Below are positions 10,201 through 16,675 of a DNA stretch of 64,000 nucleotides, one piece after another. This stretch comes from Clostridia bacterium (GTDB taxonomy: Bacteria; Bacillota; Clostridia; Oscillospirales; CAG-272), in assembly GCA_017631855.1 (NCBI GenBank), contig JAGBSP010000033.1:13461-77460 (forward strand), read 5' to 3'. The first letter of the stretch is position 1; every line of letters begins with the position of its first letter. The notes below the pieces were generated by a model. It ran no database searches. It was given only the letters and a program-made list of their open reading frames with translations, and had not been told where the DNA came from. The position numbers were made by a program, and so were the translations under genes.

Positions 10201-10667
10201 CTAAATGCAGGTTCAGATCTTCCCATCAAATTTTCTTTGATGCTCGCAGCATAAGGTCTCAAGCTTTTTCCACCCGCGTTCTTTTGAGATTCTCTTAGGA
10301 AGCGAACATCGTTTCTCATTGCTTTGAATTCATCCGTTTTTCGAATTTCAACGGGAATTCTTTTTTCAAGTTCTTCTGTCAGATATTGAATTACACAATC
10401 GGCGTTTGAATCTATGAAAAGAAACTTTTCCTTAAACTCAGCTAAATGGCCGCCTTCTCTAAAGTGCTTCTCTAAATCTTCTTTAGGAAGATTCTTTTTC
10501 AAGGTGGTTACAAAGAAGAATTTGCGCTCAGCATTGGCTTCTTCCATAGATGCCTCGTATATGTATTTCAATACATTATAGGTTTTGCCAAAACCCGTAG
10601 GCATATCAAGCAACAAAAGCCCATTTTCAATTCCGTTAGAACAATAGTCCTTTATAGCTGTGTACAT
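7191..10667 (-). CDS. SF2 (DEAD/DEAH, type III restriction Res-like) helicase with C-terminal PD-(D/E)xK nuclease-like domain
   Basis: Helicase motifs: I DMPTGFGKTYN, II IFIDEFDATKE, III GISATAS, V-like YQTIGAGQNLQ, VI QAIGRICRTNQ. The C-terminus, GALGEMAG ... FEMFDYKIEN ... IFIDFKNW, looks like a D...D-x-K nuclease core. AGGAG precedes the ATG at 10665-10667. Confidence 0.88.
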   Translation of the reverse strand: MYTAIKDYCSNGIENGLLLLDMPTGFGKTYNVLKYIYEASMEEANAERKFFFVTTLKKNLPKEDLEKHFREGGHLAEFKEKFLFIDSNADCVIQYLTEELEKRIPVEIRKTDEFKAMRNDVRFLRESQKNAGGKSLRPYAASIKENLMGRSEPAFRRYVQAILAREFKTVKDRIYAIKTDEKWQWLGELYPAVFTSDKQIIFMSMDKFLARNATIVEPSYMFYNSKIIDNAIIFIDEFDATKETILRNIISNGLREKIDYIELFNDIYSVLHTIEFPKAMTAPSKKWTERQAANNYKHSNLQFIVDNIREKADAIHSQYSLQFSHKTVSNEDAESRNFLFQDHQFHAILDGNKSYITTVSDSTERINAIQFSSEKPSSEDGNIQVMLGKLRGFIKYFSGGINMLAYNYMQCREERRKPGEDEFSLESAIRSILAEFRLSDKHIDYITSQILISSHKPKGDIENADFDLSFYENGFRYYAFEDDYAHDMQSKIMMYSFQVTPEKILLRFCEKAKVIGISATASVPTVVGNFDYKYLRAKMQTKYNVVRESDRSRLRTEFERSISGYKDVEIDVQLLGEVYHEKIWEGVFNDTELAQHIFDKVERALSQEKNNYNKERYFRIAMAYKQFVRHDDIQSFLCVLTKHPRPGDMYLDMDMLYEIFKFIHKERGQKFDKNTVCLLDGEEFDINKELIIDRLQHGEKLFVISVYQTIGAGQNLQYGIPQNLIGQLVSSNDRESRGEKDFDAIYLDKPTNIFVNLSENLSDEDFVKYLYYVEFLQEWAELSPQETKKHVKKAFKTFLTGHPYWDDSKSVYDTKSVVLMSTRTIIQAIGRICRTNQKRKTVYVFADYRISESIDFDIDDGNRLLNPEFRALLAHIEKHRKAYAGGDFADEASLLSVRVNKMINNVLREDWTESRMAQWKMLREYTLQHPTLSSLEESCSFMAHNTYVKLPKPMNTIYYNQESDYNKVLVSFGKTKEYPYEVSSSTAKLDLLMKNQSLRNFFECKGWATTFDYNDFILSPPLFNNIYKGALGEMAGRFLLWSYLRLKLTEIEDSEVFEMFDYKIENTDIFIDFKNWHERTRFGTEEMLKKIKSKADTCNAKCIIVINVVSEQFAEPIRTSYGDITVVQIPSLIDSNNPNQPIHKAFDMIKRCINEFAD

Positions 10668-10685
10668 AAATTCTCCTTTTTCGTT

Positions 10686-11075
10686 TTAGAATCGTCTTGT
10701 GATTTCCTTTAATATTTCTTCGTCTGCTGGGCAGAACTCGTAGTTCGATATCTCGCTCGGCGTAATCCATTTGATATCGTTATGCTCCAACTTCTGTGGC
10801 TCGCCCTCGGTAATGGTCGCGGTAAAGAGCGTCAGATGCACCATCAAGTCGGGATATTCGTGGATAACATCCATAAACTCATCACCGACAGAAAGAAGAA
10901 CATTTAATTCTTCCTTGCACTCTCTAACGAGCGCCTGCTCTTTCGTCTCTCCCTGCTCAACCTTGCCGCCAACGAATTCCCATAGGAGTCCTCGCGCCTT
11001 GTGCGCCGGGCGCTGGCAGATCATAAATTTATCGCCCTGCCAAACGAGAGCAGCTACTACCTCAGTTATTTTCAT
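10686..11075 (-). CDS. Nudix hydrolase, MutT-like
   Basis: Nudix box GGKVEQGETKEQALVRECKEELNV. 129 aa. The start ATG overlaps the upstream stop (ATGA at 11072-11075). Confidence 0.9.
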   Translation of the reverse strand: MKITEVVAALVWQGDKFMICQRPAHKARGLLWEFVGGKVEQGETKEQALVRECKEELNVLLSVGDEFMDVIHEYPDLMVHLTLFTATITEGEPQKLEHNDIKWITPSEISNYEFCPADEEILKEITRRF

Positions 11076-13201
11076 ATTTCCTCAATCCCCAAACTCTTCA
11101 AGTACTGATATGTACCGTCATAAAATTCGGGCAAGCGGGTGCTATCTTCCCAAAATCCGCTAACTGTTTTATTCGGATTACCTTCAGGCACACAAATCAC
11201 CATTCCAGCTCTTGCGCGAGTAAGTAGAACACGATACGCATTCAGCATATATTTCATAAGCTCTTGTTTGCTTTCGGTGCTCCCTATTTGCTCAATCCAC
11301 TTGGTCTGTCCATTGAAACGATAGAAGCGCCACTTGCCGTCCTCATATCGCATATCGGCATCCCAAAGGAGACACGTATAGTCAAGTTCCAAGCCCTGAA
11401 CCTGAATTTCTGTAGCTGCATCCTCAAGATAATTTGACGATCTTACATCGGCTTTATCGTCAAGGAACCAGTGAACCGCATTTTCATCACCTGCTGGCAA
11501 TATATGTATGGCTAACGGCTTAAACCTCGCAGATTCTTTCGTTACCAAAACTCCGGTACGCTCAGTTCCTCTGACCTTATCGTGTAGCCATTTTCTCGCC
11601 TTTGCCATATCTCGAGTTAAAACAATCGGATACTTATCTTTGATTTCACTATACAGTGTCGATGCATTATCATCAAAAGACAAAAGCGAATGAACAAACG
11701 CCGAAAGTTTCTCTGCTCTGAACGAACGTAATGAAACACCCAAATGCAAGCTTTCAGCATAAGTTACATTGTGGTTATCTTTCAACAACTCATTAACTTT
11801 ACCCTCGGCATACTCTGCATCTGTCAATTTGGGAGAGATGTAAACGTTCCAATGTGGGAACTGTTCGTTTAGCGCCTTGATCCATTCGGATATTCCAGCC
11901 TCACCGGTGTTGATCTCCTGACCGCCGCCAACAAGGCAAACTATCGTTGCCCAGTCCTCGCGCTGATCAAGCGACCAAATCAAAAATGCCGCTTCTGATA
12001 ACGGGAAATTTGGAACTTTCAGTTTGTTACCATACGTTCCGCCTCGTTTCAAGTAATCAGCAAGTCTTTTGTGGGTCCAAGAGCGCTGTGCTTCATCAAA
12101 AATTGCTACGTGCTCAACCTCACCAAATCCGGCTTTTTCTAATTTTACAGCCTTTTCGGGATCGATTTCAAGAACGCCGTTCTCGACAGGGTTCTTTATT
12201 TTTGCCAACATGTTATCGCGATATCGGTGAATCATTTGAATTGACTTCGACACCTCACGACGAGAGTCGGTCATTTTCTTCTTTTCACCATTCGCTCTAC
12301 ACTTGCTGTAATTGTCCTGTGCAAGTGCTTCAGTCAATACCGCAACGAGAGGTCCATTACCCGATAGATAAACAGCACCCTCGTCCTTGACCGGCTCTTT
12401 ATTGCCCTGATATGTTTGCTTAATTGCAACATCAAGACCGACAAGCGTTTTGCCAGCTCCAGGAACACCGGTAACAAAACAAATGCTCTTTTTCTGATTT
12501 TGTTTGCTGTCTTTTATAACGTCTAAAATATAAGCGATGGTTCTATCTGTAGAAACCTTGTCCGCTTCATGTCGGGTAATGTTTTCAACAGAGTGATTTT
12601 CGTATAAGGTTTTAGCTGCCTCAATAATTGTCGGCGTTGGAGCGTATGGACTAATAATCCAGTTGTCATCGACAGGTGTTTCATTCGGAAACTCTTTGAG
12701 CACCTCAGCAATTAAATTCGCAACACCCGATTTTCCCGACATCAGCGGGTTAACCACTCTGTCATCATAAACAGACATTTGGATTTCAGTAGATACGTTA
12801 TGATAATTTGTTGCAATAAGGATCGGTACTATAAGATTATTCTGACTAAACTTATGAAAGTTTTTCAAGTCGAGCGCATAATCAAGTACCTGATCGACAT
12901 CTGCTTCTATTATTCTGGACTCTCCGACCTTAAACTCGAGGCAAAACACGATTCCCTTAAGAAGCAATACAACGTCAATTCGCTTACCAAGACGAGGAAT
13001 ATCGTATTCAAAGATGATTTTGCCGTCCTTGTTTGAAAACTCGGACAAAATCTCTTTCATAATCGAGATTTCCAATTTCCATGCCTCTCTTGTTGTAGTG
13101 AGAGCTTCCCCATGATATCTCTCGCACAAAGCACCAAATATTGAGTTTTCGCTTGTGGTAATAAATTCTGTAAAACTGCTATTATATAAACAACGGCTCA
13201 T
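11072..13201 (-). CDS. DUF2075-type protein: PD-(D/E)xK-like N-domain + SF1/Schlafen-group-3-like P-loop ATPase
   Basis: N-terminal IPRLGKRIDVVLLLKGIVFCLEFKVGE gives D...E-x-K. Walker A is FVTGVPGAGKTLVG and Walker B is VAIFDEAQRSW. The C-terminal LLTRARAGMVI matches the SF1 signature. AGGAG sits 8 nt before the ATG at 13201. Confidence 0.88.
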   Translation of the reverse strand: MSRCLYNSSFTEFITTSENSIFGALCERYHGEALTTTREAWKLEISIMKEILSEFSNKDGKIIFEYDIPRLGKRIDVVLLLKGIVFCLEFKVGESRIIEADVDQVLDYALDLKNFHKFSQNNLIVPILIATNYHNVSTEIQMSVYDDRVVNPLMSGKSGVANLIAEVLKEFPNETPVDDNWIISPYAPTPTIIEAAKTLYENHSVENITRHEADKVSTDRTIAYILDVIKDSKQNQKKSICFVTGVPGAGKTLVGLDVAIKQTYQGNKEPVKDEGAVYLSGNGPLVAVLTEALAQDNYSKCRANGEKKKMTDSRREVSKSIQMIHRYRDNMLAKIKNPVENGVLEIDPEKAVKLEKAGFGEVEHVAIFDEAQRSWTHKRLADYLKRGGTYGNKLKVPNFPLSEAAFLIWSLDQREDWATIVCLVGGGQEINTGEAGISEWIKALNEQFPHWNVYISPKLTDAEYAEGKVNELLKDNHNVTYAESLHLGVSLRSFRAEKLSAFVHSLLSFDDNASTLYSEIKDKYPIVLTRDMAKARKWLHDKVRGTERTGVLVTKESARFKPLAIHILPAGDENAVHWFLDDKADVRSSNYLEDAATEIQVQGLELDYTCLLWDADMRYEDGKWRFYRFNGQTKWIEQIGSTESKQELMKYMLNAYRVLLTRARAGMVICVPEGNPNKTVSGFWEDSTRLPEFYDGTYQYLKSLGIEEI

Positions 13202-13215
13202 AAGAGAAACTCCTA

Positions 13216-13428
13216 TTATTTATTATCAGGAACGATTTCCATGATCTCATCGACCGTACACTCAAGCGCTGTACAGATCTTAACCAACACATCGCTTGAA
13301 ACGGTCGCTCCGTCTTTTTTCATCTTCGCAAGTGTTGTGGGGCTAATCCCTGCCTGCGCAGCAAGGTCCTTACTTTTGATCTCGCGATCGATCATCAATT
13401 TGAATAGTTTCTTATAGCTTGCAGCCAT
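13216..13428 (-). CDS. XRE-family helix-turn-helix transcriptional regulator
   Basis: HTH segment LAAQAGISPTTLAKMKKDG. I take the start as the ATG at 13426-13428 (MAASYKKL) behind GAGGTG. The track start at 13440 lies upstream of that RBS. An extended -10 (TGGTATAAT) lies upstream on the minus strand. Confidence 0.85.
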   Translation of the reverse strand: MAASYKKLFKLMIDREIKSKDLAAQAGISPTTLAKMKKDGATVSSDVLVKICTALECTVDEIMEIVPDNK

Positions 13429-13660
13429 TTTACACCTCAAATAATTAAAGTATTATATATTTAATTATACCACTATTTTCACCACAAATCAACAATATTC
13501 TCAAATATTATTCGCGAAGTTGAAATTTATTTCATGTTTGCCAGCTGGCGTAAACATCGTTATGACCTTTTTTGCATGGTAGAGATCGTTTTACGTCAAT
13601 AATCTTTTCACATGATAAAATTTATTAAGCCTTCGGGCAATAAATTTTAAGGAGAAAAAC

Positions 13661-14836
13661 ATGGCAAACGTTATGCAAAAACCAAACGGAACCTATCTTG
13701 TGCGAATCTCTTGTGGAAGAGATATTATGACAGGTAAGCAAATTCTACGCGGACGCATCTTCAAACCGTCAAACCCCGATTTAAGTCAAGAAAGACTCCA
13801 GAAAGAGCTTAATGAATTTATCGAAGAGTTCACAGACGAACTACAATGCGAACGCAATAGAAAAAAGCCGGAGAACAAAACTGTTTCCGACTTTGCGAAG
13901 GAGTATCTTTCTATTCAAAAAACGTCCCTCTCGCCTGGCTCCTATAACTTTTATCAAAACATCATTGAAAAACATATTCTTCCTATGTTCGGGCGAATGC
14001 GCCTACGTGACATCAAAACCTATCACGTACAGGATTTTATTTTGCGCCTCAATTCTCTTTCCAGGAGCGACGGCAAACCCGGCCATATATCTCCATCTAC
14101 TGTCAAGCGCTATACAAGTGTTCTGCGCTCTATGCTAACAATGGCATATAAGTTATACTATATTGACGATGACATAGGCCTATCACGCCGTTTAACATTT
14201 CCTAAGGAGCGTTATCAAGAGGTTGACGTGTTCACCATAGAAGAAACAAAAGCAATCCTCACTGCCGCTAAAACAGAGCCAATTAATATACGCTTGCTGA
14301 TCGAACTTGCTCTTTTCACCGGCATGCGCCGTGGTGAGATCGTTGGACTTAAATGGTCTGATATCAATTTTGACAAGCAATGTCTGTCCATCAAGAGAAG
14401 CATTTATAAACCCAAAGGCGAGAAATCTATTGAGAAAGAACCGAAATCACATTCGAGCATTCGTACTATCGCTATTCCGAACTGTCTATGTGAAACACTC
14501 GCGGAGTACAAGGTCTGCCAAGAGCGGCATTCCCTGTCACTTGATACTTGGCAAAATCTCGATTACGTATTTACTGACGAGAACGGCAACGTAATGAATC
14601 CACAAACCCCCACAAAGCAATTCTCACATTTTCTTGCAAGACACAATATCCGACATCTGAAATTTCATTGTTTGAGACATACCTCTGCTACTCTTCTACT
14701 TTCCAACGGTTGCGACATCAAAACGGTTTCCGCGCGTCTCGGACATTCAAGCATAGATACTACAAATATCTACGTACACGTGCTTGAGAGTGTTGATAGA
14801 CAAGCTGCCACTACATTTGAAAATCTATGCAATTAA
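13661..14836 (+). CDS. int: tyrosine recombinase / phage-type integrase
   Basis: C-terminal catalytic region GMRRGEIVGLKW ... HCLRHTSATLLLSNGCDIKTVSARLGHSSIDTTNIYVHV supplies the R...H-x-x-R...H...Y residues. AAGGAG precedes the ATG at 13661. Confidence 0.95.
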   Translation: MANVMQKPNGTYLVRISCGRDIMTGKQILRGRIFKPSNPDLSQERLQKELNEFIEEFTDELQCERNRKKPENKTVSDFAKEYLSIQKTSLSPGSYNFYQNIIEKHILPMFGRMRLRDIKTYHVQDFILRLNSLSRSDGKPGHISPSTVKRYTSVLRSMLTMAYKLYYIDDDIGLSRRLTFPKERYQEVDVFTIEETKAILTAAKTEPINIRLLIELALFTGMRRGEIVGLKWSDINFDKQCLSIKRSIYKPKGEKSIEKEPKSHSSIRTIAIPNCLCETLAEYKVCQERHSLSLDTWQNLDYVFTDENGNVMNPQTPTKQFSHFLARHNIRHLKFHCLRHTSATLLLSNGCDIKTVSARLGHSSIDTTNIYVHVLESVDRQAATTFENLCN

Positions 14837-14840
14837 AACC

Positions 14841-14881
14841 GAAAAGCAATTTAACGACTAAAACTCGCTAAATTGCTTTTC
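14841..14881. terminator. bidirectional hairpin between convergent int and hipA-like genes
   Basis: 13-bp perfect stem GAAAAGCAATTTA (14841-14853) / TAAATTGCTTTTC (14869-14881), followed by TTTGTTTC. Confidence 0.7.
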
Positions 14882-14899
14882 TTTGTTTCTGTATGCGCC

Positions 14900-15952
14900 T
14901 TATTTGACTATTTGATTATATCTTCCCATAACCAAATCAATAATAACCTGTGATTTCACTTTCATATTCAGTTTTGCAATCACATCTCGTACCATCTCTT
15001 CGGTAACTTCGGGAATATATGACTTGTAATTCGGATACTCTTCCATAAGCGCATTAAACAATGAAATCAACATATCTTTGGCATCCGGCTTTGATGGATA
15101 TCCACGAGAAATCAATGCCATATTATTGTCAAAATTAGGAGCCAATCCTAATAGTTCACCGGTTTTAACATCACGCAATAATCCAAAATTATTTGTATGT
15201 CTGTCAGGGTTAGCACAGATTGTATCCAAAAAAATCATTCTAACATAATCTGGTATAGCTCGAGGACAAAGATTATTAAGTGCCTTTATTACATCAGAAT
15301 ATTCTTCATTGTCTCCCATAAAAGACGAAGCAGGCTCAAAATTCACAGAAGCTGCATTGGTAAAATCCAATGACATAATAAAATCAAAGCCTTGTTTATA
15401 TATAGCCATGTTAAAACCAAATTTTTTTCCCAATTCATATACAAACAATTCAGAAAACATTTCATCATTTGTTGCTCTTTTGTACATCCACCATTGGCCT
15501 TCTTTGAGTCGCCAACATTTTTCAAAACTTCCCAAATTAGTCAACTCAGGAGTGATAATTTTTTCGGATAAATTACGTTGAGCTGCTTCATTAAAACTGT
15601 TATAGCTTCCTTTTAATGCAAGCCATGAAAAATAGTTCTCATCAAATTTCACATCCGAATATGACAATTGTGATCCAATTGGACGAACCCAATAATTATC
15701 GGTTATTGTGGCTCCATTAACATGAATTACAGTTGAAACATCATCACGTTCTACCAATCGCAATGCTTTTTTTAACAATCTTGAATTAGAACGATGACTA
15801 TCTATAGCACGCGTTTCGAGCCAAAGATCCGCATTCTGAATTTTTTTCAAATACATAGGCAGCAAAGAATCATTAACGACAGTCAGCTTATTATCATTCC
15901 ATATAGCAACAAGCGTATCTCCACTGAATATCTCGTAATTTCTATCAGCCAT
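14900..15952 (-). CDS. hipA: HipA-like serine/threonine kinase toxin (HipA_C-type)
   Basis: C-terminal kinase core ICANPDRHTNNFGLLRD ... LGLAPNFDNNMAL matches D-R-H-x-x-N and the following aP-x-(Y/F)-D of HipA_C. Its start overlaps the XRE stop (TAATG). Confidence 0.8.
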   Translation of the reverse strand: MADRNYEIFSGDTLVAIWNDNKLTVVNDSLLPMYLKKIQNADLWLETRAIDSHRSNSRLLKKALRLVERDDVSTVIHVNGATITDNYWVRPIGSQLSYSDVKFDENYFSWLALKGSYNSFNEAAQRNLSEKIITPELTNLGSFEKCWRLKEGQWWMYKRATNDEMFSELFVYELGKKFGFNMAIYKQGFDFIMSLDFTNAASVNFEPASSFMGDNEEYSDVIKALNNLCPRAIPDYVRMIFLDTICANPDRHTNNFGLLRDVKTGELLGLAPNFDNNMALISRGYPSKPDAKDMLISLFNALMEEYPNYKSYIPEVTEEMVRDVIAKLNMKVKSQVIIDLVMGRYNQIVK

Positions 15953-16179
15953 TATTCGCTCCTCCCCTTCTCATCATCTTCAGGAATAAACTCCATTATA
16001 TCATCTAGTGTACAATTTAGAGCCTTGCAAATCTTGCCAAGCACTTCAACCGTTACGTTGTTACCCGAACTCATCTTGCTGATCGTAAAATTACTGATAC
16101 CGGCAAGTTGCGCGAGCTCCTTCTTTTTCATGTCTCTATCGATTAGTAATTTCCAAAGTTTCTTATAGCTAACAGCCAT
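15952..16179 (-). CDS. XRE-family HTH regulator (HipB-like antitoxin candidate)
   Basis: Paralogue of 13216-13428 (MAVSYKKLWKLLIDRDMKKKELAQLAGISNFTISKM). It has the same GAGGTG-N4-ATG leader and the same extended -10 TGGTATAAT upstream. The ATG at 16177-16179 is preferred over the track start at 16191. Confidence 0.85.
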   Translation of the reverse strand: MAVSYKKLWKLLIDRDMKKKELAQLAGISNFTISKMSSGNNVTVEVLGKICKALNCTLDDIMEFIPEDDEKGRSE

Positions 16180-16307
16180 TTTGCACCTCAAAATAGTATT
16201 ATCATTTTATGAGTCAATTATACCATAAAATTCTGCTGATGTCAACAATTTATTTTAGCGATTGCAAAATTATTTGTCCGTTTAATTCACAAAAATAGAT
16301 ATTTTAC

Positions 16308-16336
16308 TTGACAAATTGCTAAAACAGTGGTATAAT
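16308..16336 (+). promoter_or_regulatory. consensus sigma-70/SigA-type promoter with no downstream ORF
   Basis: TTGACA (16308-16313), a 17-nt spacer, then TATAAT (16331-16336). Confidence 0.6.
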
Positions 16337-16444
16337 ATAATCAGACCAAAGTCCTACAAAAACGTGAAGTACATAGTTTTTTGGTGCATACTTTTAGTGC
16401 ATACCCCTTAAAACTATGAACCAAATGTACATTTTCGAGGCACG

Positions 16445-16525
16445 ACGATATCACTCAAAAAGACCAAAATAACGTAAAATAGCCGACGATAACGTGAAAT
16501 AATCCACGATAATGACTAAAAACCC
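16445..16525 (+). repeat. four tandem degenerate ~20-nt direct repeats (ACGATAAyG..AAA.A..CC)
   Basis: The units are ACGATATCACTCAAAAAGACC, AAAATAACGTAAAATAGCCG, ACGATAACGTGAAATAATCC and ACGATAATGACTAAAAACCC. Units 2/3 and 3/4 each match at 14 of 20 positions by hand alignment. Confidence 0.5.
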
Positions 16526-16630
16526 CGGTTCATAGGGCAGTTGGGGTATTAGAGACCATAAGTTCAAGTTTTGTCACGCGTTGGGGGGAGATCTCGCAAG
16601 TTCAAATCTTGCCATTCTGACTATGCAAGA

Positions 16631-16664
16631 AAGCCTTGAAAGCATAAGTTTTCAAGGCTTTTTT
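16631..16664 (+). terminator. intrinsic terminator
   Basis: Stem AAGCCTTGAAA (16631-16641) / TTTCAAGGCTT (16650-16660) followed by a T-run. Confidence 0.75.
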
Positions 16665-16675
16665 ACGTATCGTTA

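Larger units (their letters stand above)
1..16620. mobile_element. putative integrase-associated genomic island (defence / TA cargo); left end outside the window, right end tentatively at the tRNA-like fragment
   Basis: Tyrosine integrase, two XRE repressors, a HipA-like TA pair, helicase/nuclease genes and AT-rich composition. The composition switches to higher G+C right of ~16.7 kb. A T-arm-like sequence and terminator lie at 16596-16664. I could not identify flanking direct repeats. Confidence 0.4.
16343..16664 (+). ncRNA. candidate ~320-nt non-coding transcript with tRNA-like 3' module (class unknown)
   Basis: Bounded by the consensus promoter and an intrinsic terminator, with no ORF of 60 aa or more. 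Hairpin CATAGTTTT (16372-16380) / AAAACTATG (16410-16418) encloses a GTGCATAC direct repeat. Four ~20-nt tandem repeats follow. A T-arm-like GCAAG-TTCAAAT-CTTGC lies at 16596-16612. The 5' TCAGA (16341-16345) is complementary to the 3' TCTGA (16616-16620). Confidence 0.35.

Noticed and set aside
13480-13520. Possible att direct repeat: GAAGTTGAAAT...TTGCCA upstream of int resembles GCAAGTTCAAATCTTGCCA at 16596-16614
   Set aside because: Only ~9/10 plus 6/6 matches, interrupted by an 11-nt insertion. That is too weak to call a core repeat without a genome-wide search.
16445-16525. CRISPR array
   Set aside because: The four ~20-nt units are directly abutting degenerate repeats with no spacers. 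They are far shorter than CRISPR repeats and no cas genes are in the window.
16343-16664. tmRNA (ssrA) or a complete tRNA gene
   Set aside because: The size, promoter, terminator and T-arm fit tmRNA superficially. However, the 5' end lacks the GGGG... acceptor with the G:U pair. There is no tag ORF ending in ...AA-stop and no CCA-compatible 3' end. For a tRNA, the 7-nt sequence complementary to CATTCTG is absent at the expected distance and no proper D or anticodon arm can be drawn.
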